The notes: generated from the letters alone by a model not told the origin. A stretch of 64,000 nucleotides of DNA from an uncultured Trueperaceae bacterium (GCA_963799485.1 CAWCXJ010000013.1:288001-352000); one strand, 5' to 3'. Positions 54,135 to 64,000 are shown, counted from the stretch's first letter. Numbers and translations are program-made.

Positions 54135-56051
54135 CTAACCGGGCCGCCGCAACCAGACCTGCATGGGACTCGCCGCGCGGTTCGCCCAGCCGTAGTACGG
54201 AACAGCGGTGAGCGTCGTGGGTGCAGTTTGCATAGGGGCTCGAGCCTCCACCGAACGGTACAGATAGTCTGTTCCGGGTGTTTGAGCGGTAGCTTCAGCT
54301 TGCAGCAAAACGACCCCGCCGAGTTCAGCCGACGGCACGACTTTAAGCTGCTCCGGTTTGTCCGGCACCAACAAGTCTCTTACATCGACATCGTGGTCGA
54401 GCCCTTCAGCGCAGTAGAGCAGCGGCCCGCGCGCCAAGGCAACCCTTCCAGCCGCTTCAAACACATAGGGGTGCGCCTCCAAGTAGCGTACCGGCAGCGG
54501 CAACGACAGCCGGACGGTATCGCCCGCCTGCCACTCACGGCTTAAGCTCGCGTAACTGCCCGCCGAAACGTCTACCGCTTTACCATTTACGGTGATGGTT
54601 GCCCCTTCAGCCCAGGCGGGGACGCGAAGCTTTAACGTAAAGGTGCCCTCAGCTTGAACGGTCAGCGCAACGTCGCCGTCCCACGGGTAACGGGTCGTTT
54701 CTTTGAGCCCGACCCTTTGACCATTTTCTAGAGTTGCCGCGAGGCTCCCCTCGGCGTAAAGGTGAACCCAGAGCGCGTCGTCTTGCGTGCTGTAAAAGTA
54801 CCCCGGCAACGAGGCTAAGAGCCGCGCCACATTCGGCGGACAACACGCACAGCCAAACCACGCCTGACGGCGGTGCGTCCCGTCGTCGGCTAACGGATTT
54901 TGATAAAAGTACTCCTGACCGTCAAGTGAAAGTCCCGGCAACACCGCGTTATAGAGCGTCCACTCGAGCAGATCGGCGTAACGCGCGTCGCCGCCAAGCG
55001 CCAACATCCGCCAGTTCCACATCACGCTGGCAATCGCCGCGCAGGTCTCGGTATAGGCGCGCTCATTTGGCAGCTCAAAGTCTTTGCCGAACGCCTCACC
55101 CTCGTAGCGCGAACCGAGACCACCGGAGACGTACATGCGCCGCATAGTCATGTTCTCCCACTGACGTTCTAAAGCTGTGAGATACCCTTCGTCGCCGGTT
55201 TCGGCGTACACATCGGTGATTCCAGCCGTGTAGTAGAGTGCCCGCACCGCGTGCCCGACCACCGCGTCCAGCTCCCGAACGGGGGTGTGGTCTTGTGCGT
55301 ACTCGGGCGACCAGATGCCGTAAGGTTTCCCTAGCAAGCCGCGTCCGCGAGCCTCGACAAAGTACTGAGCCTGCGCGAGATACCGCCTTTCATCCGTCGC
55401 CCGGTACAGTTCGACCAAACCCAGCTCGACCTCTTCGTGACCGTCTACGGCTTCGCGTTTGCCCTCGGCCTGTGGCCCGAACGTGTCACAGATGTGGTCG
55501 GCGAAACGGGTCGCCACCTCTAGCAGCGACCTCTCCCCCGTCGCGCGGTAGTGGGCGACTGCCGCCTGAAAAAGGTGTCCGGCACAGTACATTTCATGCA
55601 AGTCGAAGTTCGTCCAGCGTTCACCTTCGCGCTCCAACGCAAAGTAAGTGTTGAGATAGCCGTCCTCACGCTGGGCCGCCGCGACTTCGGAGATTGCCGT
55701 ATCGACCATCGCCCTCAGTTCCGGGTTCGGCCCCTCGGCGAGCGTCCAGGCAGCGGCCTCGAGCCACTTGTACACGTCCGAGTCGTTGAAGTAAATCCCG
55801 ACGAAGGGGGTGTCCGACCTTCCCGAAACACGCCGGAAGTTGTTCAGCCGGTCGGTTTCCTCGAGGTGCTGAAACTGCGTCGGCAAGGTTACGTCACGGT
55901 TCGTGCGGCGGCGCGGTGCCCAAAAGGTGTCGGTCAGGGTGACGCTGTCCAGCGGGATGGGGCGGAGTTTGGCGTAGGGGCTCGAGGTCGTGTTTACGAT
56001 GGGCGCAGAAGTTTTGGAAGGTAAGGTCGAAGTTCGCGTTTGAGTCATCAT
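54135..56051 (-). CDS. GH127 beta-L-arabinofuranosidase-like protein
   Basis: DSDVYKWLEAA, HEMYCAGH, GHAVRALY, YTETCAA, CACCPPN and PYYGWANR motifs. Confidence 0.92.
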   Translation of the reverse strand: MMTQTRTSTLPSKTSAPIVNTTSSPYAKLRPIPLDSVTLTDTFWAPRRRTNRDVTLPTQFQHLEETDRLNNFRRVSGRSDTPFVGIYFNDSDVYKWLEAAAWTLAEGPNPELRAMVDTAISEVAAAQREDGYLNTYFALEREGERWTNFDLHEMYCAGHLFQAAVAHYRATGERSLLEVATRFADHICDTFGPQAEGKREAVDGHEEVELGLVELYRATDERRYLAQAQYFVEARGRGLLGKPYGIWSPEYAQDHTPVRELDAVVGHAVRALYYTAGITDVYAETGDEGYLTALERQWENMTMRRMYVSGGLGSRYEGEAFGKDFELPNERAYTETCAAIASVMWNWRMLALGGDARYADLLEWTLYNAVLPGLSLDGQEYFYQNPLADDGTHRRQAWFGCACCPPNVARLLASLPGYFYSTQDDALWVHLYAEGSLAATLENGQRVGLKETTRYPWDGDVALTVQAEGTFTLKLRVPAWAEGATITVNGKAVDVSAGSYASLSREWQAGDTVRLSLPLPVRYLEAHPYVFEAAGRVALARGPLLYCAEGLDHDVDVRDLLVPDKPEQLKVVPSAELGGVVLLQAEATAQTPGTDYLYRSVEARAPMQTAPTTLTAVPYYGWANRAASPMQVWLRRPG

Positions 56052-56111
56052 TGTCCTTATATTGAAACGAGAATGTCAGTGAATGACGATGGGTAGTAGG
56101 TGTAAGCATAG

Positions 56112-56993
56112 CTAACCTTTACTGCCCGTCAGCGCGATACCCTCGATAAAGTAGCGTTGAGCAAAGAAGAAAAGCACGACGACGGGCACGATAACGACGG
56201 TCGAAGCAGCCATCAGCAGGTGCCACTGCGAACTGTAGAGCCCGGTGAACTCGGCTAGACCCAGCGCTAGGGTAAAGTAACGCGAATCATTGAGATAGAT
56301 GAGAGGCCCCAGAAAGTCGTTCCACGACGCTAGAGCGCCGAAGATAGCTACAGCAATCAGCGCCGGACGCGAAAGCGGCACGATGATGTTCCAGAGGATC
56401 TGTAAAGGGTTCGCTCCGTCGATAAGCGCCGCCTCATCGAGTTCTTTGGGAATGGTGCGAAAAAACTGGCGTAAGAGGAAGATGGAGAAGATACCGCCGC
56501 CGAACCAGTGCGGGACGATCAGCGGCCAAAAGGTGTTGATCAGGTCGAGCTTGGCCCATAATAGAAAGGTGGGGATGAGTGTCACGGCGTAGGGCAACAT
56601 CAGGGTAGTGAGGAGGAAGTTAAAGACTAGATCACGCCCTGGCCAACGGAGCCGGGAAAAACCGTAAGCGGCCAGCGCCGAGGTGAGGACTGTCCCGACC
56701 ACGGCAGGTATCAGAATGGTTAAAGTGTTGCGGAAGTAGAGAAAAAACGGGATGGTGGTGAGTGCTTCGGGGTAGTTCTGCCACTGCCAAGGATCGGGAA
56801 TCCATTCGGGTGGAAAAGTAAAGATTTGCCCTAGCCCCATGACCGAACTTCGTACCAGCCAAGCAAGCGGAAAGAGCATCAGGGCACTACCTAAGAAGCA
56901 GAGCAAGTAGACGACCAATTTGCCCAGCACCCGCCCGCTCCGGGGACGACGCGCCGACGACCGACTAGGCGTCGTAGTCTGACCGAGTGCCAT
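56112..56993 (-). CDS. Carbohydrate ABC transporter permease
   Basis: IPKELDEAALIDGA EAA loop; WNDFLGPLIYL. Confidence 0.92.
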   Translation of the reverse strand: MALGQTTTPSRSSARRPRSGRVLGKLVVYLLCFLGSALMLFPLAWLVRSSVMGLGQIFTFPPEWIPDPWQWQNYPEALTTIPFFLYFRNTLTILIPAVVGTVLTSALAAYGFSRLRWPGRDLVFNFLLTTLMLPYAVTLIPTFLLWAKLDLINTFWPLIVPHWFGGGIFSIFLLRQFFRTIPKELDEAALIDGANPLQILWNIIVPLSRPALIAVAIFGALASWNDFLGPLIYLNDSRYFTLALGLAEFTGLYSSQWHLLMAASTVVIVPVVVLFFFAQRYFIEGIALTGSKG

Positions 56994-57937
56994 CAACTAC
57001 TCCCTTCGTAATAGACCCAGCGGTTCGAGGTGCGGAGTACGAAAAAACTCAAAACCGCGATAATGATAAAGAGTACCCACGCGAGCGCCGAGGCGTAGCC
57101 CATATCGGACTCTTGAAACGCCTTGCGGTAGAGGTACAAGACGTAGAACAAAGACGCGTTGTTCGGCCCGCCTTGCGTCATGATGTACGCCTGGGTAAAG
57201 GTCTGCATAGTGCCGATAATCGACAACACCAGGTTGAATAAAATCGTCGGCGTTACCATCGGCACGGTGATGTGCCAGAGTTTATGCAGGGCGTTGCCAC
57301 CGTCGACATCGACCGCTTCATAGAGCTGACGGGGAACGCCCTGAAGACCCGCCAAAAAGATGATCATCATCGGGCCGACGGCCCACAAGCTCATTAATAT
57401 CAGGGAGGGGATGACCGAGCCTTCACCGTAAATCCACTGCGACCGGGGCAGACGTAAAAGGTCGGCGGCGGCGTTTAAGAGGCCGAAGTCGGGGTTAAAA
57501 AGCCAGAGCCAGAGGATGCTGCTGGCAATCACCGGGACAATCGCCGGGAGGTAAAAAATAGTGCGGAAAATAGGTAAGCCCTTAATCTTTTGGTTGAGCA
57601 GTACCGCCAGAAAAAAGGCGAACACGATACTTAGCGGCACGCTGCCTAGCGTATAGATCGCTGTGACTCGGAGCGACTTCCAAAAGAGCGCGTCCTGGGT
57701 AAACATCTGCTGGAAGTTCCCTATGCCGATCCAGTTGGGACTCCCCGCAATATTCCAGTCGGTAAAGGCGATCAGCAAGCTTGCGACAATTGGGCCGAGT
57801 TGCCAAATTAAAAAACCTAGAACAGCAGGTGCTACACACAAAATGCCCCACAAGGCTTCGTTACGTCGTTGCCGCGACATGCCCAAGCGTCTCGGTTTAC
57901 TCACGTTCCTTGCCAAGGGTCGGTTCGTTGTCGCCAT
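56993..57937 (-). CDS. Carbohydrate ABC transporter permease
   Basis: FRTIFYLP, LYEAVDVDGG, TQGGP and MGYASA motifs. Confidence 0.92.
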   Translation of the reverse strand: MATTNRPLARNVSKPRRLGMSRQRRNEALWGILCVAPAVLGFLIWQLGPIVASLLIAFTDWNIAGSPNWIGIGNFQQMFTQDALFWKSLRVTAIYTLGSVPLSIVFAFFLAVLLNQKIKGLPIFRTIFYLPAIVPVIASSILWLWLFNPDFGLLNAAADLLRLPRSQWIYGEGSVIPSLILMSLWAVGPMMIIFLAGLQGVPRQLYEAVDVDGGNALHKLWHITVPMVTPTILFNLVLSIIGTMQTFTQAYIMTQGGPNNASLFYVLYLYRKAFQESDMGYASALAWVLFIIIAVLSFFVLRTSNRWVYYEGSS

Positions 57938-57987
57938 ATCACCTCCTTAAAGGGGCCACGTTTCGCGCGCAGCCCCAAGCTAAGTTG

Positions 57988-59364
57988 TTACCAGCGTCCC
58001 GCGAGCACGGGCGAAGCTTTCTCGACCACCTCGTCCATGACTTCTTGGGCCGTACCCTGGTTGTTCCAGAGTTTGTCGAAGGTCGGGTCGATGACCTCGC
58101 TAAAGAGCTGTGTGGCGTTTTTGAGGTAGGTGTCAGGCGGGCGCACCGTCGCGTTATTGAGGACGTACGCGCCGAGCACGGTCTTCGCCTCCGGCGGGTA
58201 GACCCCAGGTTCGCCTTCGAGCCACTCGGCCTGCTTGGTGGGGTTGGTGTAGTACTTGAGCTGCAAGGGCATCCATAAGCCTTTTTTGAACAGGTCGACG
58301 TTGGCCGGATCGTTGTGGAACTTGTAAAACGCCCAGACGGCGTCCGGGCAGGGCGTATCTGCAAAGGCCACAGTGCCCGCCGACACGAGCAGGGTGGTGG
58401 GCTTCTTGAAGTAGGGCAGGACGCCCATGCTCCAGTTGAGGCCGGGGAGCTGGCTGTAGTCGAGCACCTTCCACTGCCCCTCGAAGGTCATGGCGACCTT
58501 GCCCGTCTGCATCATCACCTCGGCGGCTGCGGGCAGTGCCGCGCTCTGCGTCGGGGTAGGCGCCACGCGGTCGACGTAGATAAGGTCCTGCATCCTTTGC
58601 AGCACCTCGACCGCCTCGGGTCGGTTGAGGAGCAGTTGCGTCCCCTCTTTGTTGGCGAAGCTGCCGCCGTTGCTGGCGATGAGGGGCAGGTACACGGCCC
58701 ACCAGGTGGGAAACGAGACGCCGTAGGTCTGGATATTGCTGGGATCGAAGTCGGGGCTGGTGGCGTCGTTGCCGTTGCGGTCCCTGGTCAGCTTTTTGGC
58801 GACCGTCACGAACTCATCCCAGGTCCAGGCGGCTTCGGCAGTAGCGGGCGGATACTCGAGCCCGGCCTGGTCGAACGCGTCTTTGTTGTAGTACATGAGC
58901 ATCGTCTCGGCGACGGTCCAGCTACCGTAGATTTTGCCGTCCAGTTTATAAAAGGTGTTGGGAAAGCGCTCCGACGCCGCCGGGTCCTGTTCGAAGTAGG
59001 GGGTAAGATCGAGCAGTAGCCCCTCTTCGGCCCAGGGTAGGGCCATATCCGCGCCCAGGTAGCCGGCGTCCGGCGGTGTCCCCCCGGCGATCATGGTGTT
59101 GAGCTTGATCCCGTAGTCGGTCGGAATGTGCTGCCCACGTACCCGGATACCCGGGTTGGCCGCGTTAAATGACGCGATCATGTCCTCGACGGCGCGCTTT
59201 TCTTGCGGTGAGCCCCAAAAGGTAAAGGTCAAGTCTTGGTCACAGGTCGCTTGGGCACCCGCCGTACCCAGGCCACTCGCCAAAACCAGCGCAGTACAAA
59301 GAACCTGAATGACACGGCCTGAAATGGCCTTCTTGCAACGTTCGTGTAGCCGGTCATCTGTCAT
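57988..59364 (-). CDS. Carbohydrate ABC substrate-binding protein
   Basis: Signal peptide; WGSPQE, YYNKDAF, WTWDEF and GKVAM motifs; AAAGGA RBS before ATG 59364. Confidence 0.88.
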   Translation of the reverse strand: MTDDRLHERCKKAISGRVIQVLCTALVLASGLGTAGAQATCDQDLTFTFWGSPQEKRAVEDMIASFNAANPGIRVRGQHIPTDYGIKLNTMIAGGTPPDAGYLGADMALPWAEEGLLLDLTPYFEQDPAASERFPNTFYKLDGKIYGSWTVAETMLMYYNKDAFDQAGLEYPPATAEAAWTWDEFVTVAKKLTRDRNGNDATSPDFDPSNIQTYGVSFPTWWAVYLPLIASNGGSFANKEGTQLLLNRPEAVEVLQRMQDLIYVDRVAPTPTQSAALPAAAEVMMQTGKVAMTFEGQWKVLDYSQLPGLNWSMGVLPYFKKPTTLLVSAGTVAFADTPCPDAVWAFYKFHNDPANVDLFKKGLWMPLQLKYYTNPTKQAEWLEGEPGVYPPEAKTVLGAYVLNNATVRPPDTYLKNATQLFSEVIDPTFDKLWNNQGTAQEVMDEVVEKASPVLAGRW

Positions 59365-59397
59365 AACTGTCCTTTCTTTGAACGGTAGAATGTAAAC

Positions 59398-59435
59398 AAG
59401 GAAACAATTCCGTCTTAAGGAAACAATTCCGTCTT
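59398..59435. repeat. Perfect 19 bp tandem direct repeat AAGGAAACAATTCCGTCTT x2
   Basis: Directly visible in the divergent SBP/AraC intergenic region. Confidence 0.85.
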
Positions 59436-59622
59436 TTTGGCTACCTCCCTGTCCTCGTCGCAAATAATGCCAGCCACAGGCATAAAACGACCTATGACGC
59501 ATAGCTCTCAACCAGAGACGACGAAGTTATTACGGTATTGTTTAACTGCCGTCTATTATGCCGAGTCAATGAAGGATTTACAAGATGCGAACTATGTAGA
59601 AAAGTGGTATGATTCCGACTAA

Positions 59623-60471
59623 ATGGCAACTCAGCTGTCCACAGCGAACGGGGCGCTTCAGCTCTCCCTATCACTCCCCCTCGAGGTCAGCAACGGCGGC
59701 TTGTTTATCTCGCGGGGTGAAGGTCAGCACCCCAACCGGGTACTCGAGTCGTTCGAGCTGATTTTTGTCAGCAGCGGGGTGTTGGGGCTGCAAGAAGCAG
59801 GCCGACACTTCTCCGTGAACGCAGGTGAAACACTTCTCCTCTGGCCGGGCCGCCCGCACGGAGGGCTCGGGGATTATCCGGCAAATCTGTCGTTTTACTG
59901 GCTGCACTTTTATCTAAACCTACAAGAGCTGCCGCAAACACCCGCAGCGCTGCAGATACCGCAGCACACCCGGGTCAGCCGCCCCGATCACCTGACGAAC
60001 CTCTTTCGCCATTTTTTGGACGACCAGGAAACCGTTGCAGTACGCTCGCCCGCAGCCAACTTGCTCGTCATATTGATGCTCTTTGAGGTGGTGGGGCCGT
60101 ATATGTCGCAGGTCGCGTCGGAAAGTGCAGCAGCGATGCTCGCCGGACGCGCCGACACCCTGATTCGCACTCAGTTTCACAAGCCTCTGAGCACCTCGCG
60201 CTTGGCCCGGCAGCTTCACTGCAACCCCGACTATCTCGGGCGCGTATTTCGTCAGCTTTATGGTCTCACGCTCACCGAAGCGGTGCATCAGCGCCGCCTC
60301 AAACACGCCCGCAAACTTCTTCTAGAAAGTGCCCAGAGCGTCGAGGTAGTCGCTCTAGCGTGCGGCTTTAGCGACGTCGGCTACTTCCGGCGGGTATTCA
60401 AACGAGCTGAGGGGCTGACGCCTTACGCGTTTCGCAAACTCTACAGCAAGCTGCATATCAATACCGGGTAA
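59623..60471 (+). CDS. AraC family transcriptional regulator
   Basis: Cupin-like N-terminus (FYWLHF); YLGRVF and CGFSDVGYFRRVFKR..G.TP HTH. Confidence 0.92.
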   Translation: MATQLSTANGALQLSLSLPLEVSNGGLFISRGEGQHPNRVLESFELIFVSSGVLGLQEAGRHFSVNAGETLLLWPGRPHGGLGDYPANLSFYWLHFYLNLQELPQTPAALQIPQHTRVSRPDHLTNLFRHFLDDQETVAVRSPAANLLVILMLFEVVGPYMSQVASESAAAMLAGRADTLIRTQFHKPLSTSRLARQLHCNPDYLGRVFRQLYGLTLTEAVHQRRLKHARKLLLESAQSVEVVALACGFSDVGYFRRVFKRAEGLTPYAFRKLYSKLHINTG

Positions 60472-61236
60472 TGGTTCAAACCAAACTGATAAGTTAAGGG
60501 ATGGTCAGCATCGAATGTTATCACTGTGGGAGCGAACAGCTCGTCAAGAATGGCAAAGCGCCTAATGGCAAGCAGAAGTATCAGTGCCGAGCGTGCGGTA
60601 AGGCGAGTAGAGAGAACCCAGACTTCGGCTATAGCGAGGCGCGTAAGGAAGAGATACTCAGAGCTTACGAAGAGCGCTCGAGTCTGCGTGGTTTGTCGCG
60701 TACCTTCGGTGTGTCACGTAACACGGTGACCAAATGGCTTAAAAAAAGCCAAGACGCTTCCGCCGCTTAAAGATACGCTGGTCGAACCCAATGAGCCGAA
60801 GACGGTCTGCTTGGAACTAGACGAAATGTGGTCGTTTGTACGCTGCAAAGCCAATAAACGTTGGATTTGGCTAGCCCTGTGCAAGCGTACGCGACAAGTC
60901 GTAGCTTGCGTGGTCGGCGGTAGAGGCGTTGCCACCTGTCGTTATCTTTGGCAAGCTGTTCCTACTGTCTTCAAGCAAGGCATCTGCTTTACTGACTTCT
61001 GGGAAGCCTATCAAACCGTCATTCCTGATGAACACCACCAAGCAGTTGGCAAAGATTCTGGTCTAACAGCTCACATCGAGCGGTTCAACAACACTGTTAG
61101 GCAGCGGCTTGCTCGGTTTGTCCGCAAGACTCTATCTTTCTCTAAGTCCGACGAGATGCATCTCATTTGTCTGCACCTCTTTTTACACCGTTACAACCTT
61201 GAACGTAGGGCTATCATTCATGATTGAGCCATTACC
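60467..61236 (+). mobile_element. Intact IS1-family insertion sequence
   Basis: IRs GGTAATGGTTCAA / TTGAGCCATTACC; 8 bp target duplication CAATACCG (60459-66 and 61237-44). Confidence 0.93.
60501..61227 (+). CDS. IS1 transposase InsAB (programmed -1 frameshift)
   Basis: InsA CxxC..CxxC plus HTH; A AAA AAG slip site within A7 at 60741-47; InsB ELDEMWSFV, TDFW..Y and IERFN motifs. Confidence 0.9.
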
Positions 61237-61276
61237 CAATACCGAATAGCCCGGCTCCGCGCGACGTATCCAGTGC

Positions 61277-62236
61277 CTAGCACACGAGACCGCGCGCGAG
61301 CAGCGACGTGAGCGACTCACGCACCGCTTGCAGCGAACTGTACCTGGGGCAGTAATCTAGTGCCTGCTGCGCTTTGACGATGCTGCAGTTCGGACTGCGG
61401 GCGATGTGCTCCCAGGTCGCCTGAGCGTCCTCTTCGGCAACCCCTTCGCGCCACCTTTCAAAAGGTAAAAACGTCAGCTCGGCGTCGTGAGCGAACCAGC
61501 CCGCGACCGCTTCGGCGTAACCGCGCAGCGTCACAGCTGCCGGTGAAACGAGGTGAAAGTTCTCCCCTACGGCGCGGCTCCAGTGTGTGACGGCCTTTTC
61601 AAACCCCTGCGCCACGTCGTCGGCGTGGACGTGATGAACGGTCTCGAGGCCGAAGTTGGGCAGCGTCAGCGCGTCCCCGCGTGCGAGTTTGGCGAACACT
61701 TCAGGATTGAAGTTGCCCGCCGGGTTCAGCGGCGTCCAACCCGGCCCGACGATATGTCCCGGATGCAAGACGGTTGCCGGAAAACCGTGCTGCCACGCCT
61801 CACGCAGCAGATCCTGCTCAATCACCGCTTTGTTCAGGCCGTATTCACCGAACGGGTTTCGGGGAGCCGCTTCAGAGGTCGGCACCTCCTTGCTGTGACC
61901 GTGTACCCAGATGGTGCCGCAGTGGAGAAAATGCTGAATCTTCCCGCGCAGCGCCTCCACCAAGCTCCGGTTGCTCTCCGGCGCAAAACAGATCAGGTCG
62001 ATGACGATGTCGGGTTTTAAGGCAGCAATCTGCGCCCCGAACTCCCCGGCTGCCTCCGCTTCCGCGCGGTCGATAACGACCTGCTGAACACGCCGCCACG
62101 CCCCGTGCGTATGGTACGGCTCACGCTGCTGCCGACTGACCGAGACGACTTCAAACTCGAGTTCGACCAGCCTTGGCACGAGGTAGGAGCCGATATGCCC
62201 CGTTCCGCCGATGACGACGACGCGTCCACCCGGCAC
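61277..62236 (-). CDS. NAD-dependent epimerase/dehydratase (extended SDR)
   Basis: GGTGHIG, YGLNK and HHVHADDVA motifs. Confidence 0.88.
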   Translation of the reverse strand: MPGGRVVVIGGTGHIGSYLVPRLVELEFEVVSVSRQQREPYHTHGAWRRVQQVVIDRAEAEAAGEFGAQIAALKPDIVIDLICFAPESNRSLVEALRGKIQHFLHCGTIWVHGHSKEVPTSEAAPRNPFGEYGLNKAVIEQDLLREAWQHGFPATVLHPGHIVGPGWTPLNPAGNFNPEVFAKLARGDALTLPNFGLETVHHVHADDVAQGFEKAVTHWSRAVGENFHLVSPAAVTLRGYAEAVAGWFAHDAELTFLPFERWREGVAEEDAQATWEHIARSPNCSIVKAQQALDYCPRYSSLQAVRESLTSLLARGLVC

Positions 62237-63279
62237 TAGTCGTCCCCGAACGGATACACCACGCTCTTGATCACACCGTCCCCGTAGTCCGCTTGCAACT
62301 CGAACGCCTCAGGCGTCCCGGCAAGGCTGAAGGTGTGCGTCATCAGGGGAGCCAGATTGACCTGACCGCGCTGCACCATTTGAATAGCCCGTTTATAGAC
62401 GTGGCCCATCCTGCGCGAGAGTTTGATGGTGAGGCCTTTACGCCGCACCAGCGAGGCGTTGAGCGTAAACTGATCGCCCTCCGGGATGCCGACCAGCACC
62501 AGCCGCCCGCCGATTCGTACCGCTTCCGCTGCGTGCTGCGGCCCCAAAGGTGAGGTCGTCGCTTCGATCACCACATCGACGCCGCGCCCGTCCGTCGTGG
62601 TTTTAACCTCTTCCCACGAGCCGAACACCGCGTCCGCACCCAAGGTGAGTGCGAGTTCCCGGCGGTACCCCAGCGGGTCAACGACCAAAAGCTGCCCTGC
62701 ACCGCACCAGCGCGCCACCTGCATGATCAATAAACCGATAGGGCCAGCGCCCAGCACCGCCACGGATTCCATCGGCCTCAGACGCGCTAAGTCGAGCGCG
62801 TGAACGGCGACGCCGAGCGGCTCCAAAAGCGCCGCCGTCGCCGCGTCGAAACCTTCGGGCAACGGCACCAGCTCCTCGGGCCGCGCGGTGATGTATTCCG
62901 CCAGCGCCCCCTGGTAGGGCGGCACCCCGGCGAACTCGACATTCGGACAGAGGTTGGGATGTCCGGCCCGGCACCACTCGCAAAGGCCGCACGAACGGTT
63001 CGGATCGACGGCGACCAGCGTACCGGGGGCCAGCTCACCACCCTCGACGACCTCGGCGGCGAACTCGTGACCCAAGATAAACGGCTCTAGAGCACGCGTC
63101 GAACCGATGGCCCCCTCGAGGTAGTGGTGCAGATCGCTGCCGCACAGACCGACTGCCCGCACCCGTAAGAGCACCTCGCCTTCGGCACGTTCGGGTTTTG
63201 GCGCGGTCTCGACGCGTAAATCACGAACACCGTGTAGCAGGGCGGCGCGCATTGTTTTGGAGGCTGGCTTGGGGGCCAT
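62236..63279 (-). CDS. Zn-dependent polyol/sugar alcohol dehydrogenase
   Basis: GLCGSDLH, GHE, CxxCxxC..C and GAGPIG motifs. Confidence 0.9.
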   Translation of the reverse strand: MAPKPASKTMRAALLHGVRDLRVETAPKPERAEGEVLLRVRAVGLCGSDLHHYLEGAIGSTRALEPFILGHEFAAEVVEGGELAPGTLVAVDPNRSCGLCEWCRAGHPNLCPNVEFAGVPPYQGALAEYITARPEELVPLPEGFDAATAALLEPLGVAVHALDLARLRPMESVAVLGAGPIGLLIMQVARWCGAGQLLVVDPLGYRRELALTLGADAVFGSWEEVKTTTDGRGVDVVIEATTSPLGPQHAAEAVRIGGRLVLVGIPEGDQFTLNASLVRRKGLTIKLSRRMGHVYKRAIQMVQRGQVNLAPLMTHTFSLAGTPEAFELQADYGDGVIKSVVYPFGDD

Positions 63280-63280
63280 C

Positions 63281-64000
63281 CTAGTTCCTCAACCCTTGCG
63301 CGAGGGTGTAGGTGAGGTCGTTTTGACGCAGTTCGTTCCTAAAGTTGCGAAGTCGGGTGTGCTCATCGATGACGACGAGTTCGACTCCGGCAATTTCGGC
63401 AAAGTCTTCCATATGTTCACTTTCTAAAACGTAGCTGTAAACGGTGTGGTGCGCGCCGCCCGCGTAAATCCAGGCAGCGAGCGCCGTCTTGAAGTCGGGT
63501 TTACATTCCCACACGGCCCTTGCCACCGGCAGCTTGGGCAGCGCCGGATGCGAGACCGCCTCGACCTCGTTGACAATCAGCCGGAAGCGGTTGCCCAGGT
63601 CGATTAAAGACACGTTGATGGCCGGGCCGGTCGGCGCGTCGAAAACCAGGCGCACCGGGTCTTCCTTACCGCCGATACCCAAAGGGTGAACCTCGAGCCG
63701 CGGTTTTCCCGCCGCAATGCTGGGGCAGACCTCCAACATATGCGACCCCAACACCTGCGACCCGGACGGGCGCAGATGATAGGTGTAATCCTCCATGAAC
63801 GAGGTGCGCTCGCCTCCTGCTATCACCTTGAGGGCCCGCAGCAAGACCGCAGTCTTCCAGTCGCCTTCGCCGCCGAAGCCGTAGCCGTCCGCCATCAACC
63901 GCTGCACCGCCAGCCCCGGCAGCTGTTTGAGGCCGTGAAGGTCTTCAAAGGTCGTGGTAAACCCCTTGAAGCCGCCCTCTTCTAAAAACGCCCGCATCCC
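63281..64000 (-). CDS. araA: L-arabinose isomerase (C-terminal part; truncated by the window edge)
   Basis: [33 protein letters not shown] and GGAHH motifs. Confidence 0.95.
   Translation of the reverse strand, partial: GMRAFLEEGGFKGFTTTFEDLHGLKQLPGLAVQRLMADGYGFGGEGDWKTAVLLRALKVIAGGERTSFMEDYTYHLRPSGSQVLGSHMLEVCPSIAAGKPRLEVHPLGIGGKEDPVRLVFDAPTGPAINVSLIDLGNRFRLIVNEVEAVSHPALPKLPVARAVWECKPDFKTALAAWIYAGGAHHTVYSYVLESEHMEDFAEIAGVELVVIDEHTRLRNFRNELRQNDLTYTLAQGLRN

Noticed and set aside
58315..59019. Long antisense ORFs (also 27341-27916 and 36428-36949, among others)
   Set aside because: Shadow frames of GC-rich genes with no independent motifs

Overview
A GC-rich (roughly 60% by eye) bacterial chromosomal segment, most likely from a Deinococcota member related to Truepera. 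This is inferred from the fused PxpBC, the PrfA, HspR and RlmB styles, pervasive leaderless TANNNT-N6/7-start genes and very frequent CTCGAG. The left part holds a GGDEF protein, the pxpA-pxpBC 5-oxoprolinase, a tctCBA transporter and an aldehyde dehydrogenase/DUF779 pair. A pseudogene scar follows, then a divergent persulfide-detoxification island (CstB-like PDO-rhodanese, rhodanese, TauE | two YeeE/YedE genes, CsoR/CstR-like repressor) with two visible operators. The middle holds housekeeping genes (glpK, rlmB, M20 peptidase, dnaJ-like/hspR with a HAIR site, yebC, nnrE-like, prfA, icd, moeA, RlmD-like, hisF, metB-like), a c-di-AMP receptor (darA) beside an IS200-type element, and several decayed genes. 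The right end is an approximately 17 kb arabinose/arabinoside cluster (GH2, LacI, chvE-gguAB, GH127, ABC transporter, AraC, SDR, Zn-ADH, araA) interrupted by an intact IS1. The strongest leads are: a shared TTCACAA-N8/9-TYGTGAA motif linking three promoters; HIP-like over-representation of CTCGAG; the His-less CsoR-family sulfur regulon; an IS1 whose end supplies the AraC stop codon; and a candidate structured RNA next to the IS200/darA locus. No rRNA, tRNA or CRISPR array was recognised. All family calls come from motif recognition by eye, not from database searches.
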